The position numbers and the translations under genes are program-made. This document shows, one piece after another, positions 31,422-45,461 of a stretch of 64,000 nucleotides of DNA. The stretch is from the NCBI GenBank assembly GCA_965205265.1, contig CBDBGH010000003.1, positions 2,656,001-2,720,000 of the forward strand, written 5' to 3'. The stretch is from Alphaproteobacteria bacterium (GTDB taxonomy: Bacteria; Pseudomonadota; Alphaproteobacteria; Bin95). Positions within the stretch are counted from its first letter, which is position 1. Each line of letters begins with the position of its first letter. A model generated the notes under the pieces. The model saw only the letters and a list, made by a program, of their open reading frames with translations, was not told the origin of the DNA and made no database searches.

Positions 31422-32126
31422 ATGGCTGACTGGTTCCACATCCTCGTCTTCGGCTACTACCCCTATCTGGCGGCGACGGTGTTCCTGGCGGGCAGCCTGA
31501 TCCGCTTCGACCGGGAGCAGTACACCTGGCGCAGCGGGTCGAGCCAATTGCTGCGCCGCCGCCAGCTCATCTGGGGCAGCGTGCTGTTCCATGTGGGCAT
31601 CCTGCTGCTCTTCCTCGGCCATTTCGTCGGCCTGCTGACGCCCAAGGAGATCTACCACGCCCTCGGCATGAGCTCCGGCGTCAAGCAGGTGCTCGCCATC
31701 ACCGCCGGCGGCATCTTCGGCATCGTGTGCTTCGTCGGCCTCACCATGCTGCTCCACCGCCGGATGTTCGACCCGCGCATCCGCGCCACCTCGAGCGCTA
31801 TGGACATCGCGATCCTGATGCTGCTCTGGGTCCAGCTGGTGCTCGGCCTCGCGAGCCTGCCCTTCTCCTGGGCGCACAGGGAGGGCGGCGAGGTCATGGT
31901 CCAGCTCTCGCTCTGGGCGCAGAAGATCGTCACCTTCCAGGCCGATGCGGCGGCCTATGCGGCGGGCGTCCACTGGGTTTACAAGGCGCATATCTTCCTC
32001 GGCCTCACCATCTTCCTGGTCTTCCCGTTCAGCCGCCTCGTCCATATCTGGAGCGCGCCGGTCGGCTATCTGGGGCGGCGCGGCTACCAGGTGGTGCGCA
32101 CCCGCGAAGGCCACCGCGCGGCTTGA
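31422..32126 (+). CDS. narI: Nitrate reductase gamma subunit (cytochrome b)
   Basis: FGYYPY, RFDREQYTWRSGSSQ, FPFSRLVHIWSAP. Confidence 0.96.
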   Translation: MADWFHILVFGYYPYLAATVFLAGSLIRFDREQYTWRSGSSQLLRRRQLIWGSVLFHVGILLLFLGHFVGLLTPKEIYHALGMSSGVKQVLAITAGGIFGIVCFVGLTMLLHRRMFDPRIRATSSAMDIAILMLLWVQLVLGLASLPFSWAHREGGEVMVQLSLWAQKIVTFQADAAAYAAGVHWVYKAHIFLGLTIFLVFPFSRLVHIWSAPVGYLGRRGYQVVRTREGHRAA

Positions 32127-32132
32127 CCGGCC

Positions 32133-32894
32133 ATGACCGAAATCCGCGTCAACGACCGGTGCATCGACGAGGACGCGATCCTGCGCGAGATGCAGTATCA
32201 CCCGGCGGAGAACGCGGGCGCGGCGCGGCGCGCGGCGGCCGAATGGCTGGTGATCCGGGCGCTGCTTCTGGACCGCGCGGAGGTTATCGGCATAGACGCA
32301 GCGGACGAGGCGGCGGCCATCAAGGCCGTGATCGAACGCGAGGTGGACATTCCCGCGCCCGAAGAGGCGGAATGCAGGCGCTATTTCGACAACAACCCGT
32401 CCCGTTTCCGCAGCCCGGACCTGGTGGAGGCGGCGCATATCCTGCTGCCCGCAAGTCCGGATGATGGTGAGCAGCGCGCCCGGGCGGAGGCGCTTGCCGT
32501 GGAACTGATCGAGTTGCTGTCCGTTGCCCCCGAGCGCTTCGGCGAGATGGCGCGGGCGCAGTCCGCCTGCGACTCGAAGCACAATGACGGGCGCCTCGGC
32601 CAACTTTCGCGCGGCGACACGGTGCCGGAGATGGAGACCTTCCTCTTCAACCTCGAAGAGGGCCAGCTCTCGCCGGTCCCCGTGAAGACGCGCTACGGCG
32701 TCCATGTCGTGCGTGTGGACAAGCGCGTGCCGGGCCGCGCGCTGCCCTACGAGGCCGTCGCCGACAGGATTGCGGAATACCTGAAAGAGGCGTCCTGGCG
32801 CCGCGCGTTCGGGCAGTATGTCCGGCTGCTCGCCGGCGGCGCCCGGATCGCCGGTTTCGACATTGCCGCCGCCGAGTCGCCGCTGGTGCAGTAA
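32133..32894 (+). CDS. Parvulin/NifM-like peptidyl-prolyl isomerase associated with nar operons
   Basis: REMQYHP, AAHILL, SACDS...GRLG, PVKTRYGVHV. Confidence 0.9.
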   Translation: MTEIRVNDRCIDEDAILREMQYHPAENAGAARRAAAEWLVIRALLLDRAEVIGIDAADEAAAIKAVIEREVDIPAPEEAECRRYFDNNPSRFRSPDLVEAAHILLPASPDDGEQRARAEALAVELIELLSVAPERFGEMARAQSACDSKHNDGRLGQLSRGDTVPEMETFLFNLEEGQLSPVPVKTRYGVHVVRVDKRVPGRALPYEAVADRIAEYLKEASWRRAFGQYVRLLAGGARIAGFDIAAAESPLVQ

Positions 32895-33198
32895 AACCGA
32901 GCCACCCGGCCGGCAGCCGCAGGCTGGCGGATACCGCAACGACGGAACACGATCCGAAGGCATTCCACGATGCCCGCAGCCAGCCGGTATTCGTACCGTA
33001 GGCATACGGCAAGGACCGCAGGGTATGTCGAGGTGAGTTTGTCGGCGGTGTGCTGCCGATCGGGACGGATCGGGCAAGCGTGTCTGGCTATGCGGCTGTG
33101 ACCGTGCCGCTGGCTCTCCTGCCCATCGGGCTCGCTCCACACCTGGAGCCGCTGCAATCCCTCTCCTCTCCTGCCTGCGGCAAAGGCCGGTGGCCCGT

Positions 33199-34224
33199 CT
33201 ATACGCCGGAGCGAACCTTCGGGATCACCTCTTCGGCAAGCATCGCCATTTCGTCGAGCACCATGCTTTGCGGCATGCCCGGGAACTGGATGCCGAACAC
33301 GAAATGATTGATGGCGAAGCGGCGGACATAGCCGATGATCTGCTCCGCCACCTCGTCCGGCGAGCCGAACAGGAACCGGTCCTTCAGCAGGTCTTCATAG
33401 TCCTGGCCGAAATCGCCGTCACCCTCCGGCATCACCTTGTCCTGGCCCCATTCCTTGTAGGCGCGGTATTTCGCCATCAGGTAGGGCTCGGCGGTGCGGA
33501 TGGCCTCTGCCCGCGAGCGGCCCACCACCACCTCGCGCATCATCGGCAGCTCCGCCGGCATCGGTTTGCCCGCCTTGTCGAGCGCACGTTTGTACACTTC
33601 CATCTGCCGGGCGGTCGTGGCCACCGTGTTGTGCGGATTGATGAACCAGGCGTCCGTCAGCCGGGCGGCGCGCTCGATCGCCCGGTCGGCATTGGCCCCG
33701 ACCCAGACGGGCGGCGTCGGCTTCTGGAGCGGCTTGACCGTGCAGGCGGCGTCGATGAGCTCGAAATGCGAGCCCTTCATCGTCACCCGCTCCTCGGTCC
33801 ACAGCCGCCGGATCGCCTCGAGGTTCTCCACGAAGCGCGGCACAGCCTCCTTCTGCGTCGTGCCGAACGCCCTGAATTCCACCTCCCGATAGCCGAGCCC
33901 GATGCCGAAAATGAGCTTGCCGCCGCTCATTACGTCGATATTCGCGAAGATTTCCGCGACATCGAGCGGTTTGTGCAGCGGCAGCAGGCAGATGCCGCAA
34001 AGCAGCCGCAGGGACGGGCATTCCGCGGTCATGCGGGCCAGGAAGGGCACCTGCTGGAAGTCCATCAACGGCCAGGAACTGTAATGCGAGCCCTTCATAA
34101 TGGAATCGAATTCGAGCCGCTCCGCCGCGCGCGCCTGCTCGACCATCTCGTCCCAGTGCAGTTTCGCGTCGTCGCCGACGGGGAACTGGCCCCGGTTCAT
34201 GATTCCAAACTGAAGCGCCGTCAT
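33199..34224 (-). CDS. LLM-class flavin/F420-dependent oxidoreductase
   Basis: AERLEFDS, SGGKLIFGIGLGYREVEF, PPVWVGA, FGSPDEV. Confidence 0.9.
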   Translation of the reverse strand: MTALQFGIMNRGQFPVGDDAKLHWDEMVEQARAAERLEFDSIMKGSHYSSWPLMDFQQVPFLARMTAECPSLRLLCGICLLPLHKPLDVAEIFANIDVMSGGKLIFGIGLGYREVEFRAFGTTQKEAVPRFVENLEAIRRLWTEERVTMKGSHFELIDAACTVKPLQKPTPPVWVGANADRAIERAARLTDAWFINPHNTVATTARQMEVYKRALDKAGKPMPAELPMMREVVVGRSRAEAIRTAEPYLMAKYRAYKEWGQDKVMPEGDGDFGQDYEDLLKDRFLFGSPDEVAEQIIGYVRRFAINHFVFGIQFPGMPQSMVLDEMAMLAEEVIPKVRSGV

Positions 34225-35039
34225 TTACCCCTCTCCTTCCGGCGGCGCATAACGCCGCCATTCGTATTGTTCGCCGCGTTCGGCGCGGCGGTGCCAACGC
34301 CGCCATCGGTAACGTTCGCCGGGTTCCGCGCGGCGGCGGCGAGGCGCGCCGGTATGTCCGTACCGCCCAGCCATGCGAGCGCCCGGCAGGCGCCGCCCTG
34401 CGCAAGCAGCATGCGCAAATCCTCGGGCTTGTCCACATCCAGCGCGATGCCGGAAAGCCCGGTGACGATGCGCGGCTCGATGCCGAGCGCGCGCGCTTCG
34501 GCCTTGTGCGGCCGGAAGCTGTCATGGCCGAAATGGAACGCGATCACGTCGGGCGGAGAGCTGGCCACGCAATTGGTGCCGCGGCCGTCTCCAGCAGGCA
34601 CGAGCGTCACGGAGGGCGCGGCCCCGTGCGCCGCCAGGACCCGGTCGATCTCCGCCGGCGAAACGAGGGGCACATCGCCCGGCAAGGCCAGCGCGGCGCC
34701 GGCGCCGGCGCCGGCGAGCGCCGCGACGGCCTCGGCAACGGCGGGGCTCTGGCCGCGATTGGCCGGTTCTTCCAGCACTGCGGCGCCGTATCGTTCCGCA
34801 AGCGCCTGCGCCCAGGTGTCGCGGGTGACGACAACGGTTCCTTCCAGGCTGCCCGCGCCGGACAGCGCCGCGAGCACATCCTCCGCCATTGCGCGAAACA
34901 ATTTTCGCCGCTCTTCGGCCGTCAATGCCGCTGCCAGGCGGGTTTTTGCATGTTCCGGGTTCTTGAGCGGCAGGACGCCCCAGGCAGATCCTGCCGTAAC
35001 ATTCCTTAACAGAGTGTGACTTGTGGGGCGGCGAATCAC
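34221..35039 (-). CDS. cofC: 2-phospho-L-lactate/PEP guanylyltransferase CofC/FbiD (start uncertain)
   Basis: PLKNPEHAKTRLA, MAEDVL, PGDVPL, GRGTN, FGHDSF..H, ALDVDKPEDL. Confidence 0.88.
   Translation of the reverse strand: MIRRPTSHTLLRNVTAGSAWGVLPLKNPEHAKTRLAAALTAEERRKLFRAMAEDVLAALSGAGSLEGTVVVTRDTWAQALAERYGAAVLEEPANRGQSPAVAEAVAALAGAGAGAALALPGDVPLVSPAEIDRVLAAHGAAPSVTLVPAGDGRGTNCVASSPPDVIAFHFGHDSFRPHKAEARALGIEPRIVTGLSGIALDVDKPEDLRMLLAQGGACRALAWLGGTDIPARLAAAARNPANVTDGGVGTAAPNAANNTNGGVMRRRKERGK
34251..34336. repeat. Imperfect tandem duplication (41-bp copies, 45-bp period) in the cofC 3' tail
   Basis: AACGCCGCCATTCGTATTGTTCGCCGCGTTCGGCGCGGCGG (34251) vs AACGCCGCCATCGGTAACGTTCGCCGGGTTCCGCGCGGCGG (34296). 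Confidence 0.75.
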
Positions 35040-35093
35040 CTCGTTATTCTCTTCTTACGGACTCGCAAGTTTGGGTAGCCATAATACATAGCA

Positions 35094-36032
35094 ATGGGCG
35101 CACGAGAGGGAAAAGCAGTCGAACGTCTTTCGAGACGGGTAGACGGCGGTGAGCGCACCTTGCGGTCATCTATTGCATGCGAAGGCATAGGCATCCATAG
35201 CGGCCGCAAGGTGCACTTGACGCTGGGGCCGGCTCCTGCGGGGCATGGATTTGTCTTCCGGCGTCTCGATGTTGCGGGCGATACCGGCGTTGTGCCGGCC
35301 AGATGGGATATGGTCTCCGATACCACCTTGTGCACCGTAATTTCAAATCGTGACGGCATTGGTATTCACACGCCCGAACATATCCTGGCGGCGCTTTCCG
35401 GCGCCGGGATCGACAATGCCACAATCGAGGTCGATGCGCCGGAATTGCCGATCATGGACGGCAGCGCGGACGACTTTACCTTCCTCATCGGTTGCGTTGG
35501 CGTCCGGCCGCAGCCCTCCCGGCCCCGGTGCCGGATCGAGGTCCTCAAGCCGGTCCAGGTGCAGGAGGGCGAAAGCTGGGCGCGGCTGCTGCCATCGGAC
35601 AGCTTCAAGGTCTCCTGCACCATCGACTACGACCACCCTCATGTCGGCGTTCAGCGGTTCGATTTCGATTCGGCGCGGCAGACCTTCTCGGAGGCGGTGG
35701 GCCGGGCGCGCACCTTCGGGTTCCTGGACGAATTGGAATGGCTGCGCGCGCAAGGCTATGCCAGAGGGGCCTCGCTGGACAACGCCGTCGCGATTTCGCC
35801 GAACGGCGTGATGAACGACGGCGGTTTGCGCTATCCCGAGGAAATGGTGCGCCACAAGGTGCTCGATGTGATCGGCGACCTTGCATTGGCGGGCGCTCCA
35901 ATTCTCGGCGCATTCCAGGGCTACAGGTCGGGCCACCGGCTCAACAACATGGTGCTGCGCGCGCTCTTCGCCGATGAATCGGCATGGAGGTGGGAAGGGG
36001 CCGGGACGGAGGCGCAGCGGGTCGTCGCCTGA
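35094..36032 (+). CDS. lpxC: UDP-3-O-acyl-N-acetylglucosamine deacetylase
   Basis: GIGIHSG, EHILAAL, PIMDGS, ARTFGF, RHKVLDVIGDL, GHRLN. Confidence 0.96.
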   Translation: MGAREGKAVERLSRRVDGGERTLRSSIACEGIGIHSGRKVHLTLGPAPAGHGFVFRRLDVAGDTGVVPARWDMVSDTTLCTVISNRDGIGIHTPEHILAALSGAGIDNATIEVDAPELPIMDGSADDFTFLIGCVGVRPQPSRPRCRIEVLKPVQVQEGESWARLLPSDSFKVSCTIDYDHPHVGVQRFDFDSARQTFSEAVGRARTFGFLDELEWLRAQGYARGASLDNAVAISPNGVMNDGGLRYPEEMVRHKVLDVIGDLALAGAPILGAFQGYRSGHRLNNMVLRALFADESAWRWEGAGTEAQRVVA

Positions 36033-36098
36033 ACCTATGCTTCGGCGCAAGCATGGCATAAACTGAAGCCTGCCTTGTCCCGTTGCCACGAGGATGCC

Positions 36099-37109
36099 GT
36101 GAGTCGGGCATACGGTCGTTTTTGGCCAAACATCGCCGCTGCCCTGTTCGCAGCCGCCATGCTGTCCGCATGCAGTTCGGACGGCGGCGAGCAATATGTG
36201 GAGCGGTCGGTCGAGGCTCTCTACAACAGCTCGATGGATGCGCTGCTGGCGGGCAATTTCGAGCTCGCCGCCCAGCAGTTCGACGAAGTCGAGCGCCAGC
36301 ATCCCTATTCGGTCTGGGCGACCAAGGCGCAATTGATGGGCGCCTACGCCCATTACCAAGCCGATGAGTATGACGAAGCGATCGCCGCGCTGGAGCGGTA
36401 TATCCAGCTTCATCCGGGCAATCCGGATGTCAGCTATGCCTACTACCTGACGGCGGTTTCCTACTATGAGCAGATTTCGGATGTCGGACGCGATCAGGCC
36501 GTGACCCGCAAGGCCCGCGGGGCGTTGGAAGCGGTCGTGCGGCGCTTCCCCGGCACCGACTATGCGAACGACGCCCGCCTGAAACTCGACCTGACACGGG
36601 ACCACCTGGCCGGAAAGGAAATGAGCGTAGGACGCTTCTATCTCCGCCAGGGCCATTTACTGGCTGCCATAAACCGGTTCCGCATCGTCGTGGAGGAATA
36701 CCAGACCACATCCCATGTGCCCGAAGCCCTGCACCGCCTTGCAGAGGCCTACACCGCCATCGGGCTCGACGAGGAGGCGGTCCGGGTTGCCGCCGTGCTT
36801 CAGCACAACTATCCCGGCGATGAGTGGTATTCGGACAGTTACAACCTGGTCGAAAAGGGCGAAACCGCCCCGCAGGAGGACGCCGAAGACGGCTGGTTCT
36901 CGCGCAACTGGAACGCTTTGCTCGATCCGGCGGCGACGATCGGCGGCGGCGGCGGGCGGGCCGAGGAACTGGCGAAGGAACTGGCCGAAACCAGAGCGGC
37001 CGAGGATGCCGAACTCATGGAGCGCGCCCGGGCGATGGAGCGGGAACGCGGCGGAGGAAAGAGCGGAGCGCCGCCGGCCATTGCGCCTCCGGGAACTCCC
37101 AAGGGATAA
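36099..37109 (+). CDS. bamD: Outer membrane protein assembly factor BamD
   Basis: Lipobox LSAC; ERQHPYS.WA, RDQ, LAGKEMSVGRFY, HVPEALHRL; C-terminal extension. Confidence 0.93.
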   Translation: MSRAYGRFWPNIAAALFAAAMLSACSSDGGEQYVERSVEALYNSSMDALLAGNFELAAQQFDEVERQHPYSVWATKAQLMGAYAHYQADEYDEAIAALERYIQLHPGNPDVSYAYYLTAVSYYEQISDVGRDQAVTRKARGALEAVVRRFPGTDYANDARLKLDLTRDHLAGKEMSVGRFYLRQGHLLAAINRFRIVVEEYQTTSHVPEALHRLAEAYTAIGLDEEAVRVAAVLQHNYPGDEWYSDSYNLVEKGETAPQEDAEDGWFSRNWNALLDPAATIGGGGGRAEELAKELAETRAAEDAELMERARAMERERGGGKSGAPPAIAPPGTPKG

Positions 37110-37121
37110 CGCCCGGCCGCC

Positions 37122-41778
<4,657 letters not shown>

Positions 41779-41837
41779 CGAGCCCGGCTGCAATCCTGAA
41801 TAAAGGGCCCACAACAGGAAGAGGAGGGTGCCTGCCT

Positions 41838-42056
41838 TTGTCGAAAGAGGAAATGATGGTCTTCGGCGGAACCGTGACCGAAAAGCTGCCGAACGCGATG
41901 TTTCGGGTGAAACTCGAGAACGAGCACGAAATCATCGCCCATACCGCCGGGAAGATGCGGAAATTCCGTATCCGCGTCATGGTCGGAGACCGGGTGGACG
42001 TCGAAATGACGCCCTATGACCTGACCAAGGGCCGGATCACGTTTCGCCACAAGTAA
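41838..42056 (+). CDS. infA: Translation initiation factor IF-1
   Basis: [35 protein letters not shown]; TTG start after GAGGAGG. Confidence 0.96.
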   Translation: MSKEEMMVFGGTVTEKLPNAMFRVKLENEHEIIAHTAGKMRKFRIRVMVGDRVDVEMTPYDLTKGRITFRHK

Positions 42057-42714
42057 GCCCGAGCGAGGCTGCGACAGCGCGTTCGAGCGCCGGCCAGTCC
42101 TCCGGGCGGCCGTCGGCTTCCAGCGGTTTCTCGACAAGCCGCGCCAGGCGTTCCGTGGCCACGAAATGCAGGCATGCTATTTCCGGCGCTGTCCGCTTGA
42201 CCGAAACATGGTTGTTCGGCCCGTCATCGACGAAGACGGCGGGACCTCCGGCACGCGCGGCAAGCCAGGCTGCCGCCGGCCCCTTGTCTCCCGTATTCAC
42301 GACCACGGGGTAGGGCATCCGGTTCCGGGCCAGCGCCAGTCGCCGGGCATCGCGCTGCGCCGGCGGGATGTTGGTCAGCACCACGATCTGAACGCCGGCC
42401 CGGGCAAGCCGCGCGAGCCCGTCGGCCGCTCCCGGCACCGGCGGAATGTCTTCGGCGTGCGTGGCAAAGAAGTCCTGCAACAGAGCGAAAACCTGCGGCT
42501 GGTCCAGCACCGTATCGTCGGAAACCCGGCGCACATTTCCCGCGAGGCGGAAGGACGACCAATCGAAGGAAAAGCCGCGCCCCTCGATATGGTCCGCAAA
42601 GGTCTCGACGAAGCGGAACAACACCTCGTCCGCATCCGAAATCAGCAGCGGCCGGCCGGGCTCGACGCCGGCCGCTTCCAGTTGCGCCAGCGTGGCGGCC
42701 GGCAGTGCGTTCAT
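42037..42714 (-). CDS. HAD-like hydrolase
   Basis: [21 protein letters not shown]. Confidence 0.85.
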   Translation of the reverse strand: MNALPAATLAQLEAAGVEPGRPLLISDADEVLFRFVETFADHIEGRGFSFDWSSFRLAGNVRRVSDDTVLDQPQVFALLQDFFATHAEDIPPVPGAADGLARLARAGVQIVVLTNIPPAQRDARRLALARNRMPYPVVVNTGDKGPAAAWLAARAGGPAVFVDDGPNNHVSVKRTAPEIACLHFVATERLARLVEKPLEADGRPEDWPALERAVAASLGLTCGET

Positions 42715-43259
42715 GTCGGTTTGCCCTTCAGGCGTTCGCCGATCCGGTCCGCCAGATCGCGGACCCCGTCGAGATAGGGATTGAGTTCTAGCGCGCGGCG
42801 CAGCCACGCCAGCGCGTCCTCCTCCCGGTCCAGCGCGACCAGGATCATGCCGAGGCCCGACAGGGCGCCGTAATGGCGCGGCTCCAGACTGAGCACATGC
42901 TGCACATCGGCCACGGACTCGCGGTGGCGGCCCATCATGTAGAGAACGGTGGCGCGCTTGTTCCAGCCTTCCGCGAATCCGGGCGCACGCTTGACGACTT
43001 CATCGAAGCGTTCGAGCGCCCGTTCGAGCGCTCCGCGCTGCATGGCGATCACACCCTGGGCCATTAGCCGGTTCACTGCCCGGTCTTCGGAATGCAGCCA
43101 GAGCAGCCAGATGCGCTGGTCCACCTCAAAGGCTTCCTGCGGCGTCAACTCCTGCTGAAGGCGATCGAACAGCGCCGGCAGTTCGGGATCGTTCTGGTCG
43201 GCGGCGGCAATGCCGCCCGAGAGCGCCAGAAGAACCGCGAACGCCAGCGCGCGCAGCAG
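42711..43259 (-). CDS. Secreted TPR protein (probable CTG start)
   Basis: TPR motifs AEGWNKRAT, LEPRHYGALSGLG; the frame stays open upstream through DQNDPELPALFDRL and a signal peptide. Confidence 0.85.
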   Translation of the reverse strand: MLRALAFAVLLALSGGIAAADQNDPELPALFDRLQQELTPQEAFEVDQRIWLLWLHSEDRAVNRLMAQGVIAMQRGALERALERFDEVVKRAPGFAEGWNKRATVLYMMGRHRESVADVQHVLSLEPRHYGALSGLGMILVALDREEDALAWLRRALELNPYLDGVRDLADRIGERLKGKPT

Positions 43260-43260
43260 T

Positions 43261-43386
43261 CTAGCCCTGCCGGGCCTTGAAGCGGCGGTTGGTCTTGTTG
43301 ATGACGTAGATGCGGCCGCGCCGTCTCACGACCTGCGAGTCCTTGTGGCGCTTCTTCAACGTCTTCAGAGAGCGAACGACCTTCAT
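43261..43386 (-). CDS. rpmJ: 50S ribosomal protein L36 (Cys-free, type B)
   Basis: Manual translation [41 protein letters not shown]; below the ORF-track length cutoff. Confidence 0.96.
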   Translation of the reverse strand: MKVVRSLKTLKKRHKDSQVVRRRGRIYVINKTNRRFKARQG

Positions 43387-43571
43387 CCTGTCCATCCCGG
43401 CCCGGAAGCCCCGGCTTCTACCCGCGCGCCCGGTTCACTGTCAACATGCAGGCCGCCGCAAGAACGGTTCATCCACCCGAAACGCTCATGGGCCTTACCC
43501 TGCAAGGCGGCACAAGGCTCAAGCGCGATCCGGCGGAATACTGGCCGCAGGCTGGTGTCCCCCGGGGGTTT

Positions 43572-44369
43572 TCAGGCTGACGGCCAGGCTTCGCCGAAAT
43601 CCCCCGGCGAGAAGTCGGTGCCCGGATGGCGGTTCCGGCCGCGGACCAGCTCCACTGGCAAGTCTCCCCAGTCTGCCGCCGCATTCTCGATGCGCCGGTG
43701 GACACAGCTCGTCGCCGGCATGTAGCGCATGGCGAAGCCGGCCCGGCGGCGCCCGGAGCTGTTGGCGGCCGAGCCGTGGACGATCCCGATATCGTGTACA
43801 GACACCTGTCCCGGCTCCAGTTCGATGGTGCGCGCCGTGCTTTCGTTGAAATCCTGAAGCCCGATCTCGCGATTCAGGGTCGAATCGGGATCGTCCACAA
43901 GCTCGTGGCGGCGGAAGGGCTCACGGTGCGAGCCGGGAATGACGCGCATCGCGCCATTGCCGGCATCCACCTTGTCGAGGGCGAGCCAGACCGTGCAGGA
44001 GGCCATCGGCTCTATGGGCCAGAACGGCCCGTCCTGATGCCAGGGCACAGTGCGCTTGCTCCGGGGCGTCTTGCAGAAGAGATGGGTGAACAGCAGCACG
44101 AGGTCCGGCCCCATGACGGCCCCCGCCATGTCCAGAACGCGGCTGTCATGCGCGATGGCATGGAAGGTCCGGTTGCCGCGCAGTCGGTAGGGCCGGCCGC
44201 GGTTCAGATGCGGGTTGATGATCCGGTCCGGCTCGGCGTCCGGGTTGTCGCGGAGCACTTGCTCGACAGCGGATTGCAGGGTCCCGAGTTCGTTGTCGTC
44301 AAGGCGGAACCCCGACGGGACCACATAGCCGTCGCGTCGGTAGGTTGCGACCTCCGCTTCGGTCAGCAT
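43572..44369 (-). CDS. Phytanoyl-CoA dioxygenase family (Fe/2OG)
   Basis: YRRDGYV, PWHQD, VWLALD, NGAMRVIPGSH, HGSAAN. Confidence 0.92.
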   Translation of the reverse strand: MLTEAEVATYRRDGYVVPSGFRLDDNELGTLQSAVEQVLRDNPDAEPDRIINPHLNRGRPYRLRGNRTFHAIAHDSRVLDMAGAVMGPDLVLLFTHLFCKTPRSKRTVPWHQDGPFWPIEPMASCTVWLALDKVDAGNGAMRVIPGSHREPFRRHELVDDPDSTLNREIGLQDFNESTARTIELEPGQVSVHDIGIVHGSAANSSGRRRAGFAMRYMPATSCVHRRIENAAADWGDLPVELVRGRNRHPGTDFSPGDFGEAWPSA

Positions 44370-44417
44370 CCGCGCCTCCTTCCCCGCAAGCCTGTCCATT
44401 CCAGGCGCCTGCGGCAG

Positions 44418-44445
44418 TTGCGGTCCGGACGGCCCGCGCTATAAG
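44418..44445 (+). promoter_or_regulatory. Possible sigma70 promoter of tRNA-Gln
   Basis: TTGCGG-16 bp-TATAAG shortly upstream of the tRNA. Confidence 0.45.
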
Positions 44446-44458
44446 TGCAGCGGTCCGG

Positions 44459-44533
44459 TGGGGCGTAGCCAAGCGGTCAAGGCAGCGGGTTTTGATCCCG
44501 CGATCCCTGGTTCGAATCCAGGCGCCCCAGCCA
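44459..44533 (+). tRNA. tRNA-Gln(TTG)
   Basis: Acceptor stem TGGGGCG/CGCCCCA, anticodon arm GCGGG-TTTTGAT-CCCGC, GGTTCGAATCC T-loop, encoded CCA. Confidence 0.97.
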
Positions 44534-44551
44534 TTGCCGGCCTCCTGCCGA

Positions 44552-45376
44552 TCAGAACGGACGGTCGCCCTGGATTGTCACCCGGTTGCCCGACCGCACA
44601 TTGGGATAGTAGTCCCACATCGCCAGATGCTGGACGCTGCGGTTGTCCCAGAAGGCCACCGAGTTCGCCCGCCAGTGGAACCGGGCCTGGAACTGCGGTT
44701 TGGCATTGTGCCGGTAGAGGAACTCCAGGATCGCATCCGACTCGTCGCGCGGCATGCCCTTCAGCCGCATCGTGAAGACCGGATTGACGAAGATCGCCTT
44801 CCTGCCGGTTACCGGATGGGTGCGGATCACGGGATGCTCGCTGCGCGGATAGACCTTGTTGTCTTCCCTGCCGTCGCGCCGGCTGCGGTCGCGATAGTTG
44901 CGCGTGCCGTCATGGATGGCGGTCAACCCGCCGAGGAACGCCTTCATCGGCTCCGAGAGCGCATCGTAGGCCGCCGTCATGCTGGCGAAGAGCGTGTCCC
45001 CGCCCTCTTCCGGCACGGTGTGCAGATGCAGGATCGAGCCCATCGGCGGTTCCGGGTCGCAGGAGACGTCCGAATGCCAGGCCTCGCCGGCGATCTGGGT
45101 CGAGTTTGCATCGGTGTGGATCCGGAGGATTTCCGGATGGCCCTCGGGACCCGGCCGGAAGGGATGGATATGCAGCTCCCCGAACCGCCGGCCGAAATTC
45201 TTGTGCTGGTCCAGCGTCATCTCCTGATCGCGGAAGAAGATCACCTGGTGGCGCATCAGCGCATCGTGGACTTCGGTGAACTGGTGGTTCCCCATCGGCT
45301 CAGCCAGGTTGACGCCGCGGATCTCGGCTCCGACGGTCGGCGTCAGCGGACGGACTTCGATGGTCTCGTAAGTCAT
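44552..45376 (-). CDS. TauD/TfdA family dioxygenase
   Basis: GAEIRGV, WHSD, GGDTLFAS, HPVIRTHP, FWDNRSVQH. Confidence 0.94.
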   Translation of the reverse strand: MTYETIEVRPLTPTVGAEIRGVNLAEPMGNHQFTEVHDALMRHQVIFFRDQEMTLDQHKNFGRRFGELHIHPFRPGPEGHPEILRIHTDANSTQIAGEAWHSDVSCDPEPPMGSILHLHTVPEEGGDTLFASMTAAYDALSEPMKAFLGGLTAIHDGTRNYRDRSRRDGREDNKVYPRSEHPVIRTHPVTGRKAIFVNPVFTMRLKGMPRDESDAILEFLYRHNAKPQFQARFHWRANSVAFWDNRSVQHLAMWDYYPNVRSGNRVTIQGDRPF

Positions 45377-45461
45377 GGACTTCCTGCCTCCCCAGCGTTG
45401 GTCCGAACGATAGCCGGTTGCGTCCAGTATAGCAGCTGCAGCAACCGGCGGCCTTCCGCGT

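Noticed and set aside
43261-43386. Zn-free L36 as a zinc-starvation paralogue
   Set aside because: The Cys-free form is common as the sole L36 in alphaproteobacteria, and no L31 paralogue is adjacent
44459-44600. tRNA-Gln as an integration site
   Set aside because: No duplicated tRNA 3' end and no integrase seen in the window
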